DNA of 63,562 nucleotides, the filler included, from Octopus bimaculoides (Eukaryota): NCBI RefSeq assembly GCF_001194135.2. It is 6 parts of 5 records of this genome, joined end to end, with 100 filler letters (N's around TTAATTAATTAA, not from the genome) between each part and the next. Parts side by side here need not be neighbours in the genome. Positions count along the whole stretch, not along the records: positions 17,807 to 27,012 come from NC_068982.1; positions 27,113 to 40,179 come from NC_068986.1; 4 more parts are not named here. One strand, 5' to 3'. The notes beneath the pieces are model-generated. The model saw only the letters and a program-made list of their open reading frames with translations, was not told the origin of the DNA and searched no databases. Position 1 is the first letter of the stretch. Each line of letters starts with the position of its first letter. Of the stretch, positions 25,086-37,065 are shown piece by piece. The translations under genes were made by a program, and so were the position numbers.

Positions 25086-26545
25086 ATGGCGGAACGAAGC
25101 GGCGAGCTGAGAAAGTTGCACACACAACAACTTCAACTTTAGAGGGAACAAATGGAGGTACAGGCGCAGCAGCACAGAGAAGACATGGAAGCTTTGATAA
25201 AGCTGGTTCAAGTTCAAATTTCTGAAAAGGATTCCAGTCCAAGTTCCCGTCTTCCAACTTCTTCAAGTGTTATCTCACCATTTGCTACTTTTGATTCAAC
25301 ATCAAAACTGTGATCAGATTATTGGTCAGGATTCTGCACTTTTGTTGTGGCCGTGCCTGACCAGCACAAGGTTCAAGTTTTCTTGACGAATCAAATCGCT
25401 ACCATCTATAAACAACTGGCAAATATGGCTACTCAACAGAGTTCGCCTAATGGTATTAACGAGCTGACGATGGAGGAAATTGTCAATTTTTTTGAATTGT
25501 CAACAATTTTGAATTGTCAACAATTTGAATTGTCAACAAAACGTTTCATTCTGCGAGAATGTTTCAAGTTCTGGAGCGACATGCAACGGAAGCCAGACGA
25601 AAATCTCCAGGAGCTGGCAGCTCGTATCCGCCAAGACGTTGCTACCTGTGACTTTCCTTCGATCACAAACCGTCGCGATGAAGCTCTCAGACAGAGATTC
25701 ATATGTTCTGTCAACAATGAAGCTGGCTTGAAGACTCTTTTCAAGATCAAGGACACAGAGCTGGACTTTTCCCTGCTGTCCAAGTCGCGATTGAGATTGA
25801 AGACGCGGCGAAGGTTGCCAAGGAAACTTTTTACAGTTCCAAGACCAGACCTGTGAACAAGGTCAGGCAGAGACAGAAGAAGGGTCAACGAAAAAACCAC
25901 CTGCAATCTAATTCCACAAACACTGAATTGATGTGTTACAGATGTGGAAAGGCCCATAACGTGACAGACTGCCCCTACAAAGAAGTCAAATGCCACCTTT
26001 GTAACGAAAGAGCATTTGGAAGCTGTTTGTAAGTAGAAGCAACGACAGCAACGGAAGCATCGTTCCCAACGTTCCGCGAAGAGAATCACGAAAGCAGAGC
26101 TTGTCAAAACAAACCTCGGTGAGATTTCCGACGATACTTTTAGGTTAGTTGTGTCAATCACAATCCAGGACCGACAGTTCACAATGTAACTGGACACTGC
26201 AACTACGGAAAATTTCGTTTCTTTGCTGGTCTGGATGATGTTAGACTTAGCTACGAGTCTACCAGCAAGCACGATCTGCCCGTGCTCGGAACTTTTATGG
26301 GCCAAACCAAGAATCCAATGATTGGTAAACAAAGCTTAATTCTTTACATAGTCACCAAGATCTCTGACCTGAACTTGCTGGGACGAAACACTGTTCAGAC
26401 ACTGGGAATCTCTGTAGACAATGCTCTTGGACTGAGATGCATAGAGAATCAAGTCAAGAGTGAGGATGCAAGAACATCGCATCCTATGACCTCTAACGGG
26501 CCTTATGCTTCCCTGTCGAGTTTCCTGGACCATACAGTGTAAATA
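25086..26545 (+). mobile_element. Gypsy (Mag-like) gag-protease remnant, truncated before RT
   Basis: MAERSGELRKL...; gag FKFWSDMQRKPDE..ELAARIRQ..TCDF...RFICSVNNEA; two zinc knuckles CYRCGKAHNVTDC and CHLCN..HLEAVC (~25933-26033); protease LDTA (~26190); NLLGR..V..LGISVD. Confidence 0.9.
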
Positions 26546-26695
26546 GAATTTGATACAAGAGTATATATATATATTTTTAATCGACAGAAAGTTAAAAATG
26601 TGACTCAAGGACCGAAAGTTTCCTACATGCCACTTATCGAACAATCGGACAAGTGTCATGCACGAAACTCTCGACACTTGAGTCACCGTTGATTA

Positions 26696-26697
26696 GA

Positions 26698-26757
<60 letters not shown>
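26696..26757. repeat. (AAT)n microsatellite
   Basis: Perfect trinucleotide run. Confidence 0.95.
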
Positions 26758-26758
<1 letters not shown>

Positions 26759-27012
26759 CCAACCAAAAAAACTCTACCAAGAACTGGGTAAAAATAAAAT
26801 AGACATTACTGCAGCACCAACAGCAGAAAAACTGGAAGAATTCTGGAAACAAAGATGGTCGGTGAAGCAACAACAACCCCAGAAAAGGACCATTAAAACA
26901 ACGAACTTAGCACCTGAGCAACTCTGGGCCCCTATAACAACTGAAGAGGTCACCCAGACACTGCAAAGACTAAGTAACTGGAAGGCACCTGGACACGACA
27001 AGATCCCCAACT
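26758..27012 (+). mobile_element. R4/Dong-like LINE fragment (region just N-terminal of RT)
   Basis: ITTEEVTQTLQRLSNWKAPGHDKIPN contains the NWKAPG.D.I.N motif of R4/Dong ORFs. Begins directly after the (AAT)n run. Confidence 0.8.
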
Positions 27013-27112
27013 NNNNNNNNNNNNNNNNNNNNNNNNNNNNNNNNNNNNNNNNNNNNTTAATTAATTAANNNNNNNNNNNNNNNNNNNNNNNNNNNNNNNN
27101 NNNNNNNNNNNN
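27013..27112. other. Artificial scaffold linker
   Basis: N44-TTAATTAATTAA(27057-27068)-N44. Confidence 0.95.
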
Positions 27113-27390
27113 AAAGAAAATTTTTGCCCCGCAGGGCGCAATTCCACAGGAACAACAGTTGAAACTTGACAAAAATCACACCAAACAGCAACAAAAAGGA
27201 CAGAAACAACTCACTAAACTAGGCAGAAGCAATTCAAATCAATACGACGAGCCGGAAGTAGCTTGCCAGCTGGTTAAAGAAGCCTGTTTAGCCCTCGCAA
27301 ACTTATATAATCATAGTGAAGTTTATTCACTGATCAGCAAAATTAGAAATATAATATTTCTAAATTTCTCAGAGAGATTTAAGCAGTAGT
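27113..27390 (+). mobile_element. Probable decayed LINE fragment
   Basis: A-rich coding-like strand at a scaffold edge. No diagnostic motif. Confidence 0.3.
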
Positions 27391-27662
27391 GTTCCCTTAT
27401 TGGGATTGTCACATTAAGTTGACAATACACTACAACTTTAGATATATATATATATATAAAGGGACCGGCCAAATCCTTGTGAGTAGACTTTTAGACGGAA
27501 ACTGAAAGACCAAGTAGCAAGTATATCTGGAATAACCCAAGTCCCTAGGTGAGGAGGTTATTCATTAAGAATAGTGTACAACTGAATAGATATTAGGAGC
27601 ATTATGACCAAAGTCTATATGAAAGATCTAGCAGGAAAAATGAGTCCAGAATTTGCTTATAT

Positions 27663-27878
27663 AATCTTATCTACTCTAGGCACAAGGCCCGAAATTTTGG
27701 GGGTGGGGGTCAGTCGATACGATCGACCCTAGTACGCCACTGGTACTTAATATATTGACCCCGAAAGGATGAAAGGCAAAGTCGACCTCGGTGGAATTTG
27801 AACTCAGAACATAAAGACAGGTGAAATACCACTAAACATTTCGCTCTGAGTCCTAACGATTCTACAAGCTTGCCGCCT
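27663..27878 (-). mobile_element. SINE family B
   Basis: CCCGAAAGGATGAAAGGCAAAGTCGACCTCGGTGGAATTTGAACTCAGAAC...AAGCTTGCCGCC. Confidence 0.9.
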
Positions 27879-27964
27879 TAATTCGCCCACATAATGAATA
27901 TAAATTTATGTACTCTACACAACTCATGCACATGCGCATATAGATGTCATGTATATATTCTTTT

Positions 27965-29100
27965 ATACTTTTATTCTTGTTTCTGTCATTTGACTGCGAC
28001 CATGCTGGAGCACGGCCTTTAGTCGAGCAATTCGACCCCAGGACTTATTCTTTGTAAGCCTACTACTTATTTTATCGGTTTCTTTGGCCGAACCGCTAAG
28101 TTACGGGGACGTAAACACGCCAACATCGGTTGTCAANNNNNNNNNNNNNNNNNNNNNNNNNNNNNNNNNNNNNNNNNNNNNNNNNNNNNNNNNNNNNNNN
28201 NNNNNNNNNNNNNNNNNNNNNNNNNNNNNNNNNNNNNNNNNNNNNNNNNNNNNNNNNNNNNNNNNNNNNNNNNNNNNNNNNNNNNNNNNNNNNNNNNNNN
28301 NNNNNNNNNNNNNNNNNNNNNNNNNNNNNNNNNNNNNNNNNNNNNNNNNNNNNNNNNNNNNNNNNNNNNNNNNNNNNNNNNNNNNNNNNNNNNNNNNNNN
28401 NNNNNNNNNNNNNNNNNNNNNNNNNNNNNNNNNNNNNNNNNNNNNNNNNNNNNNNNNNNNNNNNNNNNNNNNNNNNNNNNNNNNNNNNNNNNNNNNNNNN
28501 NNNNNNNNNNNNNNNNNNNNNNNNNNNNNNNNNNNNNNNNNNNNNNNNNNNNNNNNNNNNNNNNNNNNNNNNNNNNNNNNNNNNNNNNNNNNNNNNNNNN
28601 NNNNNNNNNNNNNNNNNNNNNNNNNNNNNNNNNNNNNNNNNNNNNNNNNNNNNNNNNNNNNNNNNNNNNNNNNNNNNNNNNNNNNNNNNNNNNNNNNNNN
28701 NNNNNNNNNNNNNNNNNNNNNNNNNNNNNNNNNNNNNNNNNNNNNNNNNNNNNNNNNNNNNNNNNNNNNNNNNNNNNNNNNNNNNNNNNNNNNNNNNNNN
28801 NNNNNNNNNNNNNNNNNNNNNNNNNNNNNNNNNNNNNNNNNCGGGGACGTAAACACACCAGCATCGGTTGTCAAGCGATGTTGGGGGGAACGAACGCAGA
28901 GACACAAACATACACACACACACATACATATATATACATGTATAATACAGGCTTCTTTCAGTTTCCGTCTACCAAACCCACTCACAAGGCTTTGGTTGGC
29001 ACGAGGCTATAGTAGAAGACACTTGCCCAAGGTGCCACGCAGTGAGAATAAACCCAGAACCATATGGTTGGTAAGCAAGCTACTTGCCACACAGCCACTC
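27965..29100 (-). mobile_element. SINE family A spanning a gap (28137-28841)
   Basis: 3' part lies left of the gap and the head lies right of it. CGGGGACGTAAACAC..CATCGGTTGTCAA is present on both sides. Confidence 0.8.
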
Positions 29101-29311
29101 CTGCACATTCATACATGTATTCATATATAAAACATGACAGTTTGAAAGGTAGAAATAAATATTTGTTCCCTGCTTTCAACAAAGGATTCATATGCTTCAC
29201 TTATCCTATAGCACTTATCTGTCAATATGTAGCAAGCTGCACACTGTTGACTTTAGGACACAGGAAATAGAAGCATAAGTTCTTCTGTGCATATATATTT
29301 ATATATATATG

Positions 29312-29343
<32 letters not shown>

Positions 29344-29559
29344 NNNNNNNNNNNNNNNNNNNNNNNNNNNNNNNNNNNNNNNNNNNNNNNNNNNNNNNNN
29401 NNNNNNNNNNNNNNNNNNNNNNNNNNNNNNNNNNNNNNNNNNNNNNNNNNNNNNNNNNNNNNNNNNNNNNNNNNNNNNNNNNNNNNNNNNNNNNNNNNNN
29501 NNNNNNNNNNNNNNNNNNNNNATATGTCTGTACGTGTGTGTTGTGTGTATGTTTGAGTG

Positions 29560-29647
<88 letters not shown>

Positions 29648-29660
29648 CAGATAGATAGAG
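29560..29660. repeat. (GATA)n microsatellite
   Basis: Long tetranucleotide run. Confidence 0.95.
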
Positions 29661-30014
29661 ATAATTTGAAGGCTAAGAATAAATATTTTTATCTTTTATT
29701 TCCTGCATCACTCAATAAAATTACAACTTCTTGGATTCTCTAAAGGGCGTTATCCATCACTTGGTAGCCAAGTGTATTTACCTGAAGGCACAGGAAATTG
29801 GAAATACATATATATATATATATATATACATGTGTTTATATACATATATATATGTATGTATGTATGTATGTGTATGTATGTAAACACTCATATTGCATCA
29901 ATTTGCTTGAAACATCTTTACAAATTCAAATATGTGTATTAAATTATAAACTAAATAACGTGTGTATTTTGTATATTCATGCGTGAATGTGTATACATGT
30001 ATACATGTGCATAA

Positions 30015-30054
<40 letters not shown>

Positions 30055-30879
30055 GATTACACTGTGCAACATCCAATATAGGAAAGACACATTTTCCTAT
30101 GTAGTCTTATATGTAATTCTAAAACAATGAAATGATCATCACTTGACTAACCTTGATCCTAAGTTTGCTAGGTTTTCTCGTTCAGTGTTGAGCTGAGACT
30201 AAATAAAATCAATAATTTATGAACCAGTATGCTAAATTTACCATCTGCGTTTTTTTAGTGTTTCTTTTCGTTTTAGACATGTTATATATAACTACTGCTA
30301 TTCATTTAAAGCACAACATCGATTCTATGTTCCATGAAGCAATACATACTAAATATATATTGTAAGAAACTTTTCTGCCGGACGTTTTAGAATTGCAAAT
30401 CAGTTAGAATCAATGTTTTATTACTATTCCTCGAAATCTTCCATACTACAAGACAATTTATTTTTTTTAAATAGTTTTCGTTGAAAATGTTAGGAAAATG
30501 CATGACATTCCAGTAAATACGGTTTGTTATCAGCAGGTTGATTATAATTTTTATCATTCATTATTCAATAAGCTATAAGTGTTATTTGTTATTCATATGC
30601 TAGAAAAATATATATTATCGACAGAGGCAGTATTTATATATACATGATAAACGTGTATTTTCTCTTAGAACAAACTATGTAGCAGTAGATACGTTAAGAG
30701 AAATTCTCATATTGACTTTTGGTGTTAAATGCACTCTTGATTATTTCGCTAGTAGGTAGATAAAATTCCACCACCTCCAACGCCGAGACCACCAGACCAC
30801 ACGATTTTGACATTCTCTGGTTACGCGAAACATCCACGTTTAAGTGGAGATAAATATTGCTTTCATATAATGCAACACG

Positions 30880-31075
30880 CTGACGGAGTTGTTTCGACGC
30901 CGGGCAAGATGCTTAACGGCATTTCGTCCTGAGTTCAACTTCCGCCGAAGTTGACTTTGCCTTTCATTCAATTGGAGTTGATAAAATAAGTACTAATTGA
31001 GCACTGGCGTCGACTTAATCCACTTGGCCCCTCCCATAAAACTGCTGGCCTTATACCAGACTTTGAATCCAATGT
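30880..31075 (+). mobile_element. SINE family B, decayed
   Basis: GAGTTCAACTTCCGCCGAAGTTGACTTTGCCTTTCATTC...AAGTACTAATTGAGCACTGG. Confidence 0.8.
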
Positions 31076-31145
31076 TACCTTTCAGAAACCGCAAAATTTA
31101 CGTGTGGGGGTGTGGGGGGGTGTAAATACCAATTGCGCTGAAGTA

Positions 31146-32032
31146 CGAGGTCTCATCAATAAATATCCGGAATGTTGCCATAGTAACGAAGCCAAAGCCT
31201 GCAAAGGAAAGCCGCAAGGCAAAAATTGACCTCGAACTCTGCTGCGCATGCGCACGAAATTTTAACGTTGTGGCTCACTTCTGCTGCTTACAACAGTGCT
31301 TGGAAAGAACCTGTGTAGCGGGTGATCGTCGCTTTGACCATGACAGAGAAAGTTTTCAGGCCAATAACTGCTCAGAGACCTACACGCAGTTGCAGAAAGT
31401 GTATGGAGAGAAGTGTATGAGCTGCACACAAGTGTACGAGTGGTTCAGACGTTTCCAAAGATGGGCGAAAAATGTCGATACTAATGAAAGTTCTGGGACA
31501 CCCATAACCAGCAGAAACACCTCTGATGAACGTACAGCTGTGAGGGAAATCGTCGAATCACCATAATCCGTGGGTTATCAGAAGATGATCAGATTAATTC
31601 CGGTTCAGTTCAGTCCATTATCACTGAAGATTTGGATATGAAACGCGTGTCTGCCAAGTTTGTGTCAAAATTGCTTTCAGCTGACCAAGAAGACACCCGG
31701 GTTTCAGTTGCACAAGATCTCCTTGAGTGTGTCAAGAATGATGAAATCTTTTTGAAAACTTTGCGTAGGCCTCTGAGAAAGTATTGCTAAGCTTTTGGCA
31801 AATGTGATGCAGATTCTCTGCTCAGCTTTCTCTGTGATAGTCAATACGACGATCACACGCTACACATCTTCCTTCCAAGCACCGTTGTCAACAGCAAAAG
31901 TGAGCTAGAATGTAAAGACTTAGTGCACATAGGCACCAGTGTTTCAGGTCCATCTGTGTCAAGTGGCTTTAAACAGCGTGCTTCAGCTTTGTTACTATGG
32001 CAGCAGTCCTGAAACCTATTGATGAGACCACG
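31146..32032 (+). mobile_element. Non-autonomous mariner derivative with TA TSD and long inverted arms
   Basis: TA|CGAGGTCTCATCAATA...TATTGATGAGACCACG|TA. Transposase N-terminal remnants: TYTQLQKVYGEKCMSCTQVYEWFRRF and IITEDLDMKRVSAKFVSKLLSADQ. The DDD domain is absent. Confidence 0.9.
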
Positions 32033-32570
32033 TATATCTAAGTATCTTCAATGTTACTGTTATCCTTCACAGACAGTTCTTCAATACTCTTGCCAGCTGT
32101 AACCCCATTGCCGTATTTTATGTGAAAACATAATATTGATCCGCATGCATTTTTTTCTTTAGGGAATCTGAATGAGATTTATGCGTCTGTAGTGTGTAAT
32201 ATTTTATCATCTTTCAGTTTTAAGTTTGCAGTGATTTCCTTATTATTGATGTCAATCGTTCGATGATTACGGAACTTATTAATATTAAGAATAGTTTGTT
32301 TGTAGCTGACATTTTAAATCGCATTAGACCATAATTCACATAGAATTCATGATTTCCATTGTGAAGCATCACAGCATAAATGATTCTGTCATATTTCTGT
32401 TCATTTAGTACTTGACATGAAACGTCTGAAAGTATTTACTTCAAGCATTACACTACGAACAATTTATTATACATAGATACGTATATAAATATATATGCAT
32501 ATATATATACATAAATATATACTTATATATACATACATACATATATATCTATACCTAAATACATACATAG

Positions 32571-32601
<31 letters not shown>

Positions 32602-33506
32602 NNNNNNNNNNNNNNNNNNNNNNNNNNNNNNNNNNNNNNNNNNNNNNNNNNNNNNNNNNNNNNNNNNNNNNNNNNNNNNNNNNNNNNNNNNNNNNNNNNN
32701 NNNNNNNNNNNNNNNNNNNNNNNNNNNNNNNNNNNNNNNNNNNNNNNNNNNNNNNNNNNNNNNNNNNNNNNNNNNNNNNNNNNNNNNNNNNNNNNNNNNN
32801 NNNNNNNNNNNNNNNNNNNNNNNNNNNNNNNNNNNNNNNNNNNNNNNNNNNNNNNNNNNNNNNNNNNNNNNNNNNNNNNNNNNNNNNNNNNNNNNNNNNN
32901 NNNNNNNNNNNNNNNNNNNNNNNNNNNNNNNNNNNNNNNNNNNNNNNNNNNNNNNNNNNNNNNNNNNNNNNNNNNNNNNNNNNNNNNNNNNNNNNNNNNN
33001 NNNNNNNNNNNNNNNNNNNNNNNNNNNNNNNNNNNNNNNNNNNNNNNNNNNNNNNNNNNNNNNNNNNNNNNNNNNNNNNNNNNNNNNNNNNNNNNNNNNN
33101 NNNNNNNNNNNNNNNNNNNNNNNNNNNNNNNNNNNNNNNNNNNNNNNNNNNNNNNNNNNNNNNNNNNNNNNNNNNNNNNNNNNNNNNNNNNNNNNNNNNN
33201 NNNNNNNNNNNNNNNNNNNNNNNNNNNNNNNNNNNNNNNNNNNNNNNNNNNNNNNNNNNNNNNNNNNNNNNNNNNNNNNNNNNNNNNNNNNNNNNNNNNN
33301 NNNNNNNNNNNNNNNNNNNNNNNNNNNNNNNNNNNNNNNNNNNNNNNNNNNNNNNNNNNNNNNNNNNNNNNNNNNNNNNNNNNNNNNNNNNNNNNNNNNN
33401 NNNNNNNNNNNNNNNNNNNNNNNNNNNNNNNNNNNNNNNNNNAGTCGTGTACATACGTGCATATATATGTGTGTATACATATATTTGTATTTATGTGCCT
33501 GAGTAT

Positions 33507-33565
33507 ATTCCACTGATGAAGGCAAAGCATTATTTATGCAAAGCCAGAAATCCGGGATCTGGAAT
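33507..33565 (+). ncRNA. Type I hammerhead ribozyme motif (probably Penelope-associated)
   Basis: Stem I ATTCCA/TGGAAT, core CTGATGA, stem II GGC..GCAT-TATTT-ATGC..GCC, GAAA, stem III ATC-CGG-GAT, cleavage triplet AUC. There is one extra A on each side of stem II. Confidence 0.7.
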
Positions 33566-33769
33566 TATCTTGTTATTTTTACTGGTTTATTTTGTCTTCG
33601 TCTTCGCTCCTTGTGCTATGTGGACATTTATTGTGGTTTTAGAGTCAGGATTTGACTGCTATTTTTCAGCGTGGCGGTATCTCTTAGATACCCTGTATTA
33701 TAATTTTAAATAATTATTACCTTTGATGGTTTTTATTCCCATGCTAGCCACTTGATACTACGTGTCTCG

Positions 33770-34345
33770 CGTTACGCCTCTCGTTCTTCCTCTGTTACTA
33801 CTACGTATCTCTTTTTTCCCCCACGTACTTCCTCTCTTTCTCTTTTCCTCTCGTTGCTCACCTATTCTTCTACTTCCTCCCTTTGTTTCTCCCTCTGCCA
33901 CTCTCTCTCTTCTCTTTACACCGGCATGGTCACATGCTTCCGGTCAATAATCCTTTTCTTCCTTGGCTATCGCCGAGCAAACACGCGAACCACTTTGTCC
34001 CTACTTTCATGTTCGTGCCTCACAGCGTTCGTACACAAACAATTTTTCTCATCTGGCCGTAAAGCCTTTTCTGTTTGTTTTCCTGTCTTGTTTTTTGTCC
34101 GCCACGACATTCCTCCATGGCAAGATTTAATTTGTGTATATAAATTTAATTTTCTGTCCATGGGAAGAGCTGTTTTAACGATGCGTCCTGCCTAGCTCTT
34201 CGAAACGCCCGTATTAAAACGGAGGTAGCTGGTGAAGTAGAATGTTCTCTATGTGGCTTGTGTGTTTTCTTGTCTCTGTTTTGTTTGCAATGTCCTGTAC
34301 CCAGATATGCACCTATACATACAGGTGGATGTCGGTATGCACATA
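33770..34345 (+). mobile_element. Dispersed repeat, possibly the 5'UTR/ORF1 start of a LINE
   Basis: 33845-34095 aligns with the reverse complement of 60818-61050. It is followed by the frame SVHGKSCFNDASCLALRNARIKTEVAGEVECSLCG. Confidence 0.45.
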
Positions 34346-34759
34346 CCTGTACGTATATATTCATNNNNNNNNNNNNNNNNNNNNNNNNNNNNNNNNNNNN
34401 NNNNNNNNNNNNNNNNNNNNNNNNNNNNNNNNNNNNNNNNNNNNNNNNNNNNNNNNNNNNNNNNNNNNNNNNNNNNNNNNNNNNNNNNNNNNNNNNNNNN
34501 NNNNNNNNNNNNNNNNNNNNNNAACTGGTTTGATCTATAGATAGATAGATAGGTAACTTTCTTTCTTGGCCACACAGGGCTGAACACAGAGGGGAAAAAT
34601 ACAAATGTAGAGCTTTTCTTTTCGAAAATGAAAAAGAAAAAGGGGAAAAAAGAGAAAAAATGTAATATTCCGATCAAAAGGGGTCGGGAAAAAAAGATGA
34701 TCAGAAGGTATCGTGTATCACAGAAAAAAATTTTAAATGTAAGAAGCAAGAGTGTCAAT

Positions 34760-35870
34760 ATGTACAAAAGCGACGAGAGGGAGCATCCCTGACGGACCGA
34801 ACGTGCAATGTCGAAAGGTCTCGATAGATGCCCATTCACGCGAATTACCGAACGGATGCCTCTGTACAAGGCAGCTATCCAGCCGCAGAAGACGAGACCA
34901 AAACCAGCCGCTATGAGGACAGCCTCTAAGTATCGATGGTCTACCCTATCGAAAGCTTTCGATTAATCCGAATTGATCAGGGCCCCACCCATGCCAGGTT
35001 CCTTAACTACCCTGCCTATGATGTAGCGCATCAGGTGGAGGTTGTCATGGATGGTCCGGCCCGGCACGGCGCACGTTTGTGCCTGTCGACCAGTTTCTCG
35101 ATGACAAGCGCTAACCTCTTGGCTAACACCTTGAGAAATTTTTCAAGTCTACATTGAGTAGAGTGATGGGCTAAAGTTATCTATTACGTCCCCCTTGTTT
35201 GGGTCTTTCCTCAGCAGCGTTACGGCTCCTCGGCTCCGAAAACCGTGGATGCTCCCGTTTTGCTGTCAGTTGCAGTACACTGCTGTCGAGACATCTCCAA
35301 ACAAGTCTGGCATACAACTGTAAAGTTCGTAGGGTAGACCATCCAGACCAGGCGATTTGTCCCTAGAGCATTCTGCCATCACGTCCCGAACTTCCGCCGC
35401 TGTGATGGCACTTTCGCAGCACCTTGCCTCTCTTGTCGAGAGTCGTGGCAGGCTGTGCAGGTAGGCACTGAAGTCCACCCTGCGTTCTCGCTCGCCACTC
35501 GTCCCGAACAGTCGGGCAAAGTGCTGCTGAAAAGTCTCACACATTTTACTTGGCTCGAGTAATTCGCGCCCTTGTTCATCTACCAGAGACCGAATGGTGG
35601 CTTTCTTGCCATTTTGTACCTCCGCCACTCGGGCCTCTCGCGCGGCTCCAACACCTTCGTTCCTTAGAGCACGCATCCTGGCCCTGACAACGTACCCTTC
35701 ATGTTTGGCGTTGAAGTGTTGGTCGAGGGCCAACCTCGCCGCCAAAACGTCGGACGCGATGCCACATCTAATCGCCTTTGCTAGCTTCTTAACTAGGTCA
35801 CCCTCTACTCTGTTTCTCTCTATGGCTAGTGCTTTGCTATACCTAATCGCTTCTGCTTTTATTGCCCTCT
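34760..35870 (-). mobile_element. Tx1/L1-clade LINE ORF2 fragment (tower region and RT N-half), decayed
   Basis: YVVRARMR...DKSPGLDGLPYELY; PITLLNVDLK; GALINSD*SKAFDRVDHRY; VIRVNGHLSRPFDIARSVRQGCSLSSLLY. Confidence 0.9.
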
Positions 35871-36094
35871 TGGGGGCGAACCACCAGGTAACAGACTGGA
35901 TATATTATCATTTGTATCATATTATAGTCACGTGTCAGCCAATTAATGTTGTTACCATATGGTTTCATGCCGAAAAAGTACTAACAAAGGAAAATTCAGC
36001 AATCATCGGGGAGGGCTGGATACAGAAGTATGGATTAGGCTCTTAATTACTAGTGACCTGAACACAACTCATTCGGTTTTGTAGGTCTCAGAGC

Positions 36095-36470
36095 TTATGC
36101 TCGTATTTTTCTTCAGCTTTTGAAAGTTCTCCAGCATGTTGACAAATATTTTAGCTTAGTTGGCTGCTTTCTTTTTGCCAAGAAAGTCATTTACAACTAT
36201 TACAAATGAATACCATGCTTCTGCTTCATTGCAATTCAATAAATTTACAAAGTCCCCATATTTCATCGGTTTTCTGCACTGAGACCCATAAAATACTCCA
36301 GCTTTTATTTTTTCACTGCTCAGACCGGGAAATATGCTGCAGATATTGTGAAAGTATGATCCATCTTTATCCAGAGCTTTAACAAACTGCTTCATAATAC
36401 CAAATTTGATATGGAGTGGAGGTAGGATGATTGTTTTCCTGATTGAAATAAAGGCTCTTCAACCACATTA
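36095..36470 (-). mobile_element. DNA transposase remnant, Chapaev-3 (CMC)-like
   Basis: IILPPLHIKFGLMKQFVKALDKDG...FPGLSSEKIKAGVF.G...EAWYSF..VVNDFLGKKKA. Family assignment is from recall of this motif. Confidence 0.65.
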
Positions 36471-36699
36471 AAAGACCCTGGAAATAATATTTGCTGTGGC
36501 CATTCATTGATCATCCAAGTTTTTCTCTGGTTCGGCTGTCCCACATACATAAAAACATAAAAAGCGTCAATATTTGGTGGATCAATTTTGTTACCCCACT
36601 AGAAAAATTGGCCATCTTATCTATACCACCCACTGATGATCGAGGGAGTTTGGGTGTCTTGAATTCTAGACATGATGATAAAAATTGCATTTCGCTTTC

Positions 36700-37065
36700 G
36701 GAGTGGATGTGTAGTAAAAAGCTTACTTCCTAACCACATGGTTCCGGGTTCAGTCCCACTGTGTGGCACCTTGAGCAAGTGTCTCCTACTATAGTCTCGG
36801 GCCGAGCAATGTTTTCTGAATGGATTTGGTAGACGGAAACTAAAAGAAGCCCGTCATGTATAGATATATATGTGTGTGTTTGTCCTTGATATCGCTTGAC
36901 ACCGATGTTGGTGTGTTTACGTACCTGTAAAGTAGCAGTTCGGCAAAAGAGACCGATAAAATAAGTACTAGGCTTACAAGAATAAGTCCTGGGGTCGATT
37001 TGTTCGACTAAAGGCAGTGCTCCAGCATGGCCGCAGTCAAATGTCTGAAAAATGTAAAAGAAAGG
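36700..37065 (+). mobile_element. SINE family A, full length
   Basis: GGAGTGGATGTGTAG...CCGGGTTCAGTCCCACTG...CTCCAGCATGGCCGCAGTCAAATG...AAAAGAAAG. Confidence 0.9.

Noticed and set aside
28100-28875. Possible tandem SINE array across the 705-N gap
   Set aside because: The same ~35-bp SINE segment flanks both sides with two mismatches. Haplotype or contig overlap of one SINE is simpler, and it cannot be resolved without reads.
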